A stretch of DNA of 64,000 nt from Candidatus Woesearchaeota archaeon (GTDB lineage Archaea; Nanobdellota; Nanobdellia; Woesearchaeales; UBA583): the NCBI GenBank assembly GCA_027858315.1, contig JAQICV010000092.1, positions 334-64,333 of the forward strand, in the 5' to 3' direction. The notes under the pieces are model-generated. The model did not search any database. It was not told the DNA's origin and saw only the letters and a program-made list of their open reading frames with translations. The position numbers and the translations under genes were made by a program. Positions 16,228 to 25,012 of this stretch are shown piece by piece. Numbering within the stretch: position 1 is the stretch's first letter; each line of letters begins with the position of its first letter.

Positions 16228-17484
16228 TTAATTTTTGATTGCTTCTTTAATTTTATTTAATATATTTTTAGGTTTTTCATTACTTAGGATTTCTTTTTGA
16301 ATTTCTTCTTTTTTCTCTTTTAATTTTATTCTAACTATTAAATCGTTTAGAGCATTCATATAGTAAACGTAAGCATCATATGGACTGTTGTAGACATTAT
16401 TTACCATATTCACATCATTAGTATTCATTAGATAAAAATGATTTGAAATTGTCATTTCTCTCCATTTGGTGATTAGATTTTTATCTTTAGTATTTTTTAC
16501 TGTTTTTTCTAGTGCAAATATTTCATCAATTGCGGATTTTTGCATTTTATTGCCTATCCAATTATCTAAATTTGAATATGAAGTTTGTGAGATTAAAAAT
16601 GGTATGTCAATTTTATCTTTTATTTTGAATGAGTTTATTATATTTGTAGGTGTTACAAATTTGTTTTCTTCATTTCTTAAAATTTCATCAGGTAGTGTTT
16701 TTAAAAATTCAAATATTTGACTTTCTTCTAAATGTTTTTCTCCGAATGTTTCGTAGTTCATAACTAGGTTTATTATTTCTGAATTTTCTTTTTGAGAATT
16801 TATCCAAGATGCAAATTTTTCTGAAGTAAGTGGCCAGTCATCCCAAGTTTTGTCTGAAAATTTGTTTACTAAATCATTTGATAGTTCATTATTCTTAGTA
16901 ATTAAAATAAATTTGCTATTTGATTCTTTTGGTGAATAGATAAAATTTGGATTTTTGTTAGAAAGAATCCTTTGAGAACCATCACTGAGTATTCCTGAAT
17001 ATCCTAATTCTTCTATAAAATTTGATAGTTCATTATTATATATTAGTTCAGTATTTCTAAATATTTTTGGTTCAAAGTCAAAGTGTTTTTTAATTGCTTG
17101 TTTGTGTAATTCAATTTGTCTTCTGAATTCTTCTTTTGAGTATAAGAAACTTAATGAGTGATAATATGTTTCACTTAAGAATTCAACGCATCCAGTATTT
17201 ACTAATTCTTTGAAGCTTTCTAATACTTGTGGCGCATATTTTTCTATTTGTTCTAGAGCAATTCCTGATATGGAAAAAGTTATTTTGAACTTTTTATCGT
17301 GTTTTTTTATTAATTCAAGAAGTAAGTTATTTGTAGGAATATAACATTTTCTTGCTATGTTTAATATATGTTTCTTGTTAGATTCTTCATCAAAATATTC
17401 TTCGTCATGACCGATATCAAATATTCTATAATTTTTAATTTTTAGAGATTGATGAATTTGAAAATATAATGCGATTGCTACCAT
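16228..17484 (-). CDS. GH57 family alpha-amylase-like enzyme (AmyC type)
   Basis: ALYFQIHQS (region I, with Ser replacing the usual Pro), GCVEFLSETYYHSL (II), FRNTELIYNNE (nucleophile Glu), VMNYETFGEH (acid/base Asp). Confidence 0.8.
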   Translation of the reverse strand: MVAIALYFQIHQSLKIKNYRIFDIGHDEEYFDEESNKKHILNIARKCYIPTNNLLLELIKKHDKKFKITFSISGIALEQIEKYAPQVLESFKELVNTGCVEFLSETYYHSLSFLYSKEEFRRQIELHKQAIKKHFDFEPKIFRNTELIYNNELSNFIEELGYSGILSDGSQRILSNKNPNFIYSPKESNSKFILITKNNELSNDLVNKFSDKTWDDWPLTSEKFASWINSQKENSEIINLVMNYETFGEKHLEESQIFEFLKTLPDEILRNEENKFVTPTNIINSFKIKDKIDIPFLISQTSYSNLDNWIGNKMQKSAIDEIFALEKTVKNTKDKNLITKWREMTISNHFYLMNTNDVNMVNNVYNSPYDAYVYYMNALNDLIVRIKLKEKKEEIQKEILSNEKPKNILNKIKEAIKN

Positions 17485-17542
17485 ATAAATTTTAAAGATA
17501 TGTATTATAAAAGAATTATGTATATATTTTTGTGGTGACAGT

Positions 17543-19903
17543 TTAAGGTAGAGGTATTATTACATTTATATTTTGGTTTGCAATTTCAGAATTTTTATTC
17601 TCAGATGAGTCAATAGGGACAATTTGTGTCACTTCTATTTGTTTTGCTCCATTTGGAATTGTTGTTATTATTTGGTCTGTTCCGATTAGTTTGTTGTATT
17701 GTTCTATAATTTGCATGTTTTCATCTTTGATTGTGATTTTCGTATCAAGTTTTACTACATTTTCATTAGGTAATGATTGCCATTTTAATTTTACAGTGTT
17801 TCCTGAGATTTCATATTTGTTTGTGTTGGTGAATATAAATGAATTTGCAGATGGTGCTTTGTTGTCAACAATTGTTATTGTTTGTGAATAAGGAGTTTTG
17901 TATTGTCCTTCTAAATTTATTAATTGGTAAAATGTGAATTCTTCGTTTGTTGATTTTTTTAGTTCGTAATCTATTGGTGTGTTTTTTATGATTCCTACTC
18001 CTTGTGAGTCTACTGGAATTATATTTAGTTTGTATTCTTTTTTGTTTTCTAAAACTAAATTTGGTGTAAAATCACTTCCATAAATTATGTTGTATAATTC
18101 TGGGTTTGTAATTTGAGATTCGGAGGTTATTAAAGTTAATTTTTCCGGATTTTGTATAGTTAGTTTTTGGGCGCCATCTAGATAATAACATCCTATTGCA
18201 TCATCAGCTTCACATTTGTTAGCTAGTTTTTGATCTTTTTCTACTATGTATATGTCATAGTTTGCAAAATTAGAGTTTTCATATCCACTTATTTGGAAAA
18301 ATAATGAGCTTTGTTCTCCTGCAATTGTTCCACTAGCTTTTGGTACATTTTCAGAGATTAATGCACTTGGACCATATTGGGTTTGAGTTGTTATTTGCTT
18401 TGCTTTTCCTTGAATTTCTTCTACATAGTAATTGTAATTATTATCTGTTGCAAAAACAAATACATAAAGTGGTTTGTTTGGTTTTAATAATTCATATTGT
18501 TTTTCTTGATGATTATATATCTGATAAATTTTTGCAATTAATTTTTCTTTGTTGTCACTTAGATCTTCTTCTGAGATCTCATTTTTTACAAGTAATAAAT
18601 TTAAGTCTATTTTATCATTGATTGTAGAGAAGTGATACTCGTTTTCTTGTAAATCAAAAATTCCTGTACTTTCAAAATTTTTTGGAACTTTGTTTTCTTG
18701 AAGGAGTTTTAGGAGTATATTGTAATCTTCAGGGTTGTTTAGATTATCAAAGAAGTTTTCGTAAGAGAATAAGACTACATAGTATGAGATTTGGTCGTCA
18801 AATTTAGGTTTTTCAATTTTAATATTTGCCACATTATCTGCGCCTTGAAAATTTTCTAATTCAAATTTAATTAGTGTGTAGGGAATAGTGTCTTTTAGTA
18901 TTATTCCAAATATGAATTCTTCTTCATTTAGAATTTTATTTATTATAGTAATTTTTAGACCTATATATTCTTCACTACTTATTTCTTTAATTCTCTCAAT
19001 TTTAAATTCATATGTATTTAGTAGTTTATCATCTTCTTTTTTTATTAAATCTTGAAATGTTTTATCGATACAAAAATCTTCATCAAAATCATTTTCTTTA
19101 AGACATCCTGGTACTTTATTTTTTAGTTCATCTGATATTTGTGGAATTACTTTATTTGTTATAGTTTTAAGTAGGGTTGGAAATTCTCCAAGGATATATT
19201 CTTTTTCATATTCTATTTCTAATATTATCTCACTATTTTTTGATGTTTCTTTGTAGTAAGTTGTAATTTTACTATTTATTGTGTTTGTTTCTTCATTGTA
19301 TTCTAAATTGATTACAGGTTCATCATTTATTTCTTGAACTCTAAGACTTTTTTCTAATTCATTTTTTAATTTTTGTTCGAAATAATAGCTGAGACTCTCT
19401 TCGAGATTTTCATTAAAATTTGGAAGACAGGATTCATGTTCTACATTATTATTTTCTTGAGAGTCTTCTTCTTCTTCTTCTCCTTCTTCTGTCTCTTCGT
19501 CCACATCTTCTTCTATCTTTGTAATATCTTGATTATTTGTGTCTAGATTTCTTTGATTATACCAAAGTTCAATTCCTGCATATGTACAAGTTACTAATTC
19601 ATCGTCATTGTTTTCATATTTTCTATTTAATAATTCATTTGTACTAAGTCCTAGAGAACTTATGTATTGTTTTTTTCCTGATGAAAATATATTATCAATT
19701 TCTTGTTTTTTGAAAAATTCCTCTGCAGCAATTTTAGAATTTGTAGTATCAATTGTAGTTATAGTTTTCCCGAAATCGATCACATCATCAATTTTTTCAT
19801 AAGGATTAACTATTGTAAAAAATAATATTCCCATTAGAAATAATGTAACGATTCCAATTAAAGCAAAAAATCCAATTCCTTTTTTATTTTTTCTAATTTT
19901 CAT
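17543..19903 (-). CDS. Large membrane-anchored extracellular protein, unknown family
   Basis: N-terminal TM (IGFFALIGIVTLFLMGILFFTIV), an acidic run (DEETEEGEEEEEDSQ), then about 600 aa with no recognisable motif. Confidence 0.6.
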   Translation of the reverse strand: MKIRKNKKGIGFFALIGIVTLFLMGILFFTIVNPYEKIDDVIDFGKTITTIDTTNSKIAAEEFFKKQEIDNIFSSGKKQYISSLGLSTNELLNRKYENNDDELVTCTYAGIELWYNQRNLDTNNQDITKIEEDVDEETEEGEEEEEDSQENNNVEHESCLPNFNENLEESLSYYFEQKLKNELEKSLRVQEINDEPVINLEYNEETNTINSKITTYYKETSKNSEIILEIEYEKEYILGEFPTLLKTITNKVIPQISDELKNKVPGCLKENDFDEDFCIDKTFQDLIKKEDDKLLNTYEFKIERIKEISSEEYIGLKITIINKILNEEEFIFGIILKDTIPYTLIKFELENFQGADNVANIKIEKPKFDDQISYYVVLFSYENFFDNLNNPEDYNILLKLLQENKVPKNFESTGIFDLQENEYHFSTINDKIDLNLLLVKNEISEEDLSDNKEKLIAKIYQIYNHQEKQYELLKPNKPLYVFVFATDNNYNYYVEEIQGKAKQITTQTQYGPSALISENVPKASGTIAGEQSSLFFQISGYENSNFANYDIYIVEKDQKLANKCEADDAIGCYYLDGAQKLTIQNPEKLTLITSESQITNPELYNIIYGSDFTPNLVLENKKEYKLNIIPVDSQGVGIIKNTPIDYELKKSTNEEFTFYQLINLEGQYKTPYSQTITIVDNKAPSANSFIFTNTNKYEISGNTVKLKWQSLPNENVVKLDTKITIKDENMQIIEQYNKLIGTDQIITTIPNGAKQIEVTQIVPIDSSENKNSEIANQNINVIIPLP

Positions 19904-19905
19904 TT

Positions 19906-20439
19906 TTAGCTTTTGAAATCTATTTTGACATATTTATTGTCATATGTTTTGAAATAGAAAAAATAATTTTTATTTTCAATTTCTGATTCAAGATTTGAAC
20001 TTATACTTTCAAGGTTAGTTTGATAAATTAGTAGATTGTCTATATTTAATGAATCTGAAGAATATTCTTCGTAATATTCAATTGGTTTTTTGCCACTATT
20101 TGTATTTGTGTTTATTTTTTCTAAGTATTTTTCTTTGTATTCATCAACAATCTTGAGTGATTCTTCTGAGTTTATCTTGAGGAGATCCTTGATGAAATAT
20201 TTATTATTTATGTCCAAACCTAAGTCTTCTAAATGAGTTTTATCAATTTTTTTCATAAGAAATGCGTGAGTAACTACTGCTGGGAATTGATAGCTTAGTT
20301 CTGGCGCCATTTTATTTATATCTTCGTTTGTTTGTATTACAAATTTTGATGACATGAATAGTACAAATGCTATGAAGATTATTGAGATTATTGCAAGTAT
20401 TTCTTCTTCATATATATTTGCTTTTTTATTTTTTCTCAT
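19906..20439 (-). CDS. Hypothetical single-TM protein
   Basis: Start set at the internal ATG (MRKNKK), 4 nt after the upstream gene's stop. TM is ILAIISIIFIAFVLFM. Its stop is 2 nt before the downstream gene start. Confidence 0.5.
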   Translation of the reverse strand: MRKNKKANIYEEEILAIISIIFIAFVLFMSSKFVIQTNEDINKMAPELSYQFPAVVTHAFLMKKIDKTHLEDLGLDINNKYFIKDLLKINSEESLKIVDEYKEKYLEKINTNTNSGKKPIEYYEEYSSDSLNIDNLLIYQTNLESISSNLESEIENKNYFFYFKTYDNKYVKIDFKS

Positions 20440-20443
20440 TCTT

Positions 20444-22207
20444 TTAATAGGAAATTTTTTGATGCGATTTTTTGTATATGTTATATACTTTCCAAGCATC
20501 TTCAAGACAAGATAGTTCTGCAATTATTCTTTGTTTTTTTGTTGTAGATTCTATTCCTTCTTTTTTATTTTTTTTTGTTGTTTTAGGTAGTGAGAGGTTT
20601 GGAATTAATGGGGAGAATATGTCATAGATTCCTTTAAATGGTCCAGTGATGAGAGTTAGGTCAGCTTTTTCTTTGTTCTTTTCTTTTTTAGGTTTTTCTG
20701 TGTCTAATGAAATTGGTTTTGGTTCGTAGCTATGTACATATTTTAGTAGGTCTTCTTTGATTGCTTTTATTTCATCCATAAATGATTCAATTAAATCTAA
20801 ATTTTCTTCTTTTAGTGATTCTCTGTATGTTGCGATTTCATATATGTCCCAAGCATATGAATTAAAATTAATTTGATTTTTCATAAATGGTACTTGTTGT
20901 TGACCTTGAGGCGAACTCATTGTTTCCATTCTTCTTTTTTGTGTTAGTTCTAGCTCGATTATAGGGAATAATTTAAGATGCTCTTTTTCAATAATTATAA
21001 CATTTTTTTTTAGTTCTTCAAACTTTTTAGGAGTCATAGAATCAGGTTCAATATCTGTTGGTATGAATCTGTAATTTTTTTCTTCTTCACCAATAATATA
21101 TCCACTTTTTTCTTTCCCATTTCCTTGTAAAATTAATTCACCTTTGCTTGCATCTATGAATAATCCATAATCACCAATTTCTAAATCTTTGATTTTCCAC
21201 TTTTGACCTCTCTCAGGCAATCCAAAGTCTCTTATTCCAAGAGTTCTTATGAATGAGTATGATGAGTCAAATACATTAATAATTTCGTGGTTCTCACTTT
21301 CATTTCCATAATAAAAACTATTTTTGTTAAATTTTTCTCCTTTTTTATTTATTTCCATTAAAATAGGTTTTATTAGATTTATGCTTAATTGGACTTGAGC
21401 ATAGATATTTTTTAGAGATGCAAGCTTTAGTTTGTATGTTACTTGTGTATCTCTGATTGCTGAAGGTAACCAGAAATAAAATTTATAGATTTGTCTTCCT
21501 ATTTGTTCTTTTGCACCTTCAGTTATATCGATTTTGTAGATGTCTTCATCTAGTTGATTTTTGATAGATTTCCCATTACCGTGAACTCCGTGTAGAGGAT
21601 TTTCTAAATTTGTTCCAAAGAATAATTGAGGTAGTAGTGAGTAGTCTAATCCTTGTTCTGTAGCCGATTTACTCATTGCCCACATTCTCCCTCCTTCGAC
21701 TTTATTTACCCATTCATCTTTAAGGTGGCTAATTGCCTCATCTCTTGCAGCTTTTGCATTCACAAATTCTTTGTTTTCATTATTGGCTTTTTTCTTTTCA
21801 ATTGCTTCTTGAACTATTTTGTCGTTATCAACAATTTCTTTTATCCAGTTGTGATAAAAATCTGCTTGTTTTACTTCTTTTAAAAGTGGCATTAGATGAA
21901 CTTTTATCAGTTGTATTATTTGGTTGAAGTTTTCATAGAAGGCTCTAATTGACCCACCTTTTACTTGTCTTACTTGACCTCCATATTGAGAATTTTCACT
22001 AAAATAATGGTTATCTTCAAGTTTTAGAGTAACATATCCTTTTCCTGTGTAGTAAGGGAAATTGATTATCCAATAATAACTCTCAGTTATGTCTTCATTA
22101 TGACCTTCAAATCTCATAACAAAATTCGCATGTGGTCCAGTTCTGTTTTTGGCTCCTTTTACAAATTTTTTAATGTTTGATTCAAAACCTAAAGACATAT
22201 CATTCAT
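20444..22207 (-). CDS. Hypothetical 587-aa soluble protein, no recognisable family
   Basis: Uninterrupted ORF with no TM or signal peptide and a Lys-rich C-terminal region. Co-directional and tightly packed with flanking membrane/secreted proteins. Confidence 0.6.
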   Translation of the reverse strand: MNDMSLGFESNIKKFVKGAKNRTGPHANFVMRFEGHNEDITESYYWIINFPYYTGKGYVTLKLEDNHYFSENSQYGGQVRQVKGGSIRAFYENFNQIIQLIKVHLMPLLKEVKQADFYHNWIKEIVDNDKIVQEAIEKKKANNENKEFVNAKAARDEAISHLKDEWVNKVEGGRMWAMSKSATEQGLDYSLLPQLFFGTNLENPLHGVHGNGKSIKNQLDEDIYKIDITEGAKEQIGRQIYKFYFWLPSAIRDTQVTYKLKLASLKNIYAQVQLSINLIKPILMEINKKGEKFNKNSFYYGNESENHEIINVFDSSYSFIRTLGIRDFGLPERGQKWKIKDLEIGDYGLFIDASKGELILQGNGKEKSGYIIGEEEKNYRFIPTDIEPDSMTPKKFEELKKNVIIIEKEHLKLFPIIELELTQKRRMETMSSPQGQQQVPFMKNQINFNSYAWDIYEIATYRESLKEENLDLIESFMDEIKAIKEDLLKYVHSYEPKPISLDTEKPKKEKNKEKADLTLITGPFKGIYDIFSPLIPNLSLPKTTKKNKKEGIESTTKKQRIIAELSCLEDAWKVYNIYKKSHQKISY

Positions 22208-22291
22208 TCTAATCTTTTTTGAAGTTTTTATCTTTTAGAAGTTTAGTTTTAACTAATAAGGGAAAATAATTTTAAATATATATAGAACTAT

Positions 22292-24217
22292 TTAAGAGAA
22301 TAGTTCAGTTATCCATTTTAACATGTTTGAAAAATACTTTGAGAATCCTGTTTTTGGTAGCTCTTCAGGACTTAGTTGTATGTCAATTTTTTTCATATTA
22401 ATTATTTGATTTTTGTATTCTAATTCTACTTTGATTTCATTGTTTTCATGTTCTAAAACTAATAACTTTTCAAATTCGTTTTTATTAGTTTTAGTTATTG
22501 TTTTGTTATTTAAATTTAGAGTTATTTTAAGGTTTTCAACAATATTTTTTGTTTGACAATTTAGAGTTATTTTGTTTGCATTTTTTTTGGCTTCACAATC
22601 AAGTTTTGGAGGTTCTATTTCTAAGATTTGTGTGTTTGTTTGGTTTGAGTATTTTACAATTATTGATTGATTTAATTTTTCAGATTTGAATTCAATTATT
22701 TTTTCTTCGTTTAATAAAAGGGAAAAAATTTCACAGTCGTTTTCTGAGCAGATATTGATATTATTTATTTCATGATTGTTTGGATTTTTTAATGTACAAG
22801 AGTAGATATTTTCAGGCAGATTATATGTCGAATTGCAGTTTATTATGATTTGATTATTGCTCATTGAAGTTTCTTGAATTATGTCTTTAGGAAGTTCAGA
22901 TTTTAGTATGTTCTCATAACCTTTTTTTACTTCAAGTGAGAGGTTTTCTTGGAAGTCATTATTGTAAATTGTGAATGGAAATGTGTAGATGAATTTAGTA
23001 TCTAATTCAGGTATTTTATATTTGAAATAGATTGTTTTTTCTTCATCTGGTTTTAGAATTGTTAATTTTTTATTTTGTCCTAAAAGCTCTATTTCTTCAG
23101 TTTTTGCTATTTTTAAGTCAATTACTTTGTAATAGTCTTTTGTATTTTTAACTTTTATTTCTAAGTAACCGTAACTTTCAGGAGAGAGTTCTCTTGTTCC
23201 ATCAATTGTTATTTGATATCCATAATCAAATATCTTTTTTTCTTTTTCTTCTATTTCAAATTTAGTTGAAGTTTTTAAAGAATTTTCGACAAGATTTATA
23301 CCATAACCACTTGCATTTATTGATACTGAATTTTGTTGTAAATTTGCATTTTTGGAGATGATTATATGACTTGCATCTATATATCCGTATTGTGAGTATG
23401 TTAGATCAAATGGTACCCAAGTTTCTCCAATTAAAATTTCAGACCATGCGTGTCCACCCCAGTTTGAACCTACAAATTCTATTACTTCTTCTGAGTTTGT
23501 GTATGCGTATCCTGAAACTGTTCTTGCAGGAATTCCTAGGCTTCGCATCATTGATACATATAGATTAGTAATTTCTTTACATACTCCGGTTTTAGATGTA
23601 AAAACTTGTGAAGATTTTTGATTAGGATTTTCAGTTACAGTTGATAGGTCATATGTTATATCATTTTGTATCCAATCAGCAATTTTTACTGCGATAATGT
23701 AAGTGTCATCTTCACTATATGCTAACTCTGATGCTTTTTTTTTTATTTCTGAATTTGTATCGATTAATTCTGTGAATTCTATATATACTTGATTTTCTGA
23801 GTCTTTATTTTTTATTGGGTATTCTACTTTTTTTTTGATTTTAGGAGTACTTTTTGTGCTTTCAAGTGTGAATGTGTTTGATATTGAGTTTTTTTCTTTT
23901 ATTGTTTCATCAGTATAACTGTATTTGATCATATAATTAGTGTCGTCTTCTATTATTTTATAGTCTGGGTTTGTTGTTGTGTAGTTATTTAGGTATTGGG
24001 ATTCTTCATAGGTTTTTGGGAAAAAATTAGAAGTTATGTAGAAATAATTTATGTTTGAGTCTTGTTCTATTTCTACTTGGAAATCTATTTTTTGATTGAT
24101 GTTTAGCTTTAAGTATTCGTAAGAATTTATATCTTCGTCTATTGCTAATATTTGTGGTAAAAACATCGAAAATAGGATTATTGTAAGTAGAATTTTTTTC
24201 ATTTTTTTCATTTGCAT
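22292..24217 (-). CDS. Secreted transglutaminase-like (Cys-His-Asp) domain protein with C-terminal beta-rich extension
   Basis: Signal peptide LLTIILFSMFLPQILA. Core motif TGVCKEITNLYVSMMRSLGIPARTVSGYAY...GGHAWSEILIGETWVPFDLT. Confidence 0.75.
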   Translation of the reverse strand: MQMKKMKKILLTIILFSMFLPQILAIDEDINSYEYLKLNINQKIDFQVEIEQDSNINYFYITSNFFPKTYEESQYLNNYTTTNPDYKIIEDDTNYMIKYSYTDETIKEKNSISNTFTLESTKSTPKIKKKVEYPIKNKDSENQVYIEFTELIDTNSEIKKKASELAYSEDDTYIIAVKIADWIQNDITYDLSTVTENPNQKSSQVFTSKTGVCKEITNLYVSMMRSLGIPARTVSGYAYTNSEEVIEFVGSNWGGHAWSEILIGETWVPFDLTYSQYGYIDASHIIISKNANLQQNSVSINASGYGINLVENSLKTSTKFEIEEKEKKIFDYGYQITIDGTRELSPESYGYLEIKVKNTKDYYKVIDLKIAKTEEIELLGQNKKLTILKPDEEKTIYFKYKIPELDTKFIYTFPFTIYNNDFQENLSLEVKKGYENILKSELPKDIIQETSMSNNQIIINCNSTYNLPENIYSCTLKNPNNHEINNINICSENDCEIFSLLLNEEKIIEFKSEKLNQSIIVKYSNQTNTQILEIEPPKLDCEAKKNANKITLNCQTKNIVENLKITLNLNNKTITKTNKNEFEKLLVLEHENNEIKVELEYKNQIINMKKIDIQLSPEELPKTGFSKYFSNMLKWITELFS

Positions 24218-24273
24218 TACTTAAGTTAGGTGATTAACATTTATAAAATTTTATTTTTGACTTATAGTTAAGA

Positions 24274-24879
24274 ATGAAAAAATCGCAGGGTGAAATTTTT
24301 GGTATTGCACTTCTTTTTGTTGTTATTTTGATAGGAGTTATAGTTTATGCTAAAATTCAATCTAATTCTGATTTGAATGATGTTGATTTACAAACTCAAG
24401 GTGAGTATAAAATTCTTGCAGAGGGAACTTTGAATACTTTGCTTAAAGTGAGTACTGGATGCACTGTTGAGAGAAATAAAGATAGTGTTAAGGATTTGAT
24501 TAATTTTTGTTTGGAGAATGAGGGTTATGGTGGAGATGTAGAGATTGGGTGCGACATTGAGGGAGATGGAATTCTTGAGAATTTTCCTTCTTGCGCTCAT
24601 GCTCTTAATTTTTTGAATGATAGTTTGTATTTGATTTTTAATTCCTCAAGTGGGATAGGTCTTATTCCTTTTGAACTTATAATTGATGTTCCGAGTTATA
24701 GCAATAGTATTTTTTTTAATGAGAGTAGAACGAATTTAGGTGATATTAGTTATAGAGGATTTGAAGTTAATGATTCTTCAAGAATTAATCTAGGATATAA
24801 AAGAGAATCTTCAGGGCGTATTTCTTGGAGAACTGCTCAAAGAGATGTTAATTTTGAACTTTATGTTTATTATCGTTAG
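24274..24879 (+). CDS. Small secreted protein with possible class III (type IV pilin-like) signal peptide
   Basis: MKKSQG-EIFGIALLFVVILIGVIVY is a short basic N-terminus followed by a hydrophobic helix. The cleavage site is not certain. Confidence 0.4.
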   Translation: MKKSQGEIFGIALLFVVILIGVIVYAKIQSNSDLNDVDLQTQGEYKILAEGTLNTLLKVSTGCTVERNKDSVKDLINFCLENEGYGGDVEIGCDIEGDGILENFPSCAHALNFLNDSLYLIFNSSSGIGLIPFELIIDVPSYSNSIFFNESRTNLGDISYRGFEVNDSSRINLGYKRESSGRISWRTAQRDVNFELYVYYR

Positions 24880-25012
24880 TTTTGTTGAAAATTTTGTTGT
24901 AAGTTTTTGACTTTAATTTTGACTTTAATAATCTTAATTATAATATTAAATGCTTAGACTACCTTTTAGTGTATACATCTTTTTATATTTATTTTTGCTG
25001 GTTTAAACTTAA

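Noticed and set aside
20440-20523. Upstream extensions of ORF-track starts (20523, 2099, 12158, 56084, 59775, 61645, 1786, 54273)
   Set aside because: These create long overlaps with neighbouring genes and/or use TTG or GTG codons, while an in-frame ATG at the expected TATA or stop-codon spacing is available. The shorter models are preferred.
21566-21589. GVHGNGKS in the 587-aa orphan matches the Walker A regular expression
   Set aside because: It is not preceded by a hydrophobic beta-strand, and I could find no Walker B (hhhhDE) at a suitable distance. The match is probably fortuitous.
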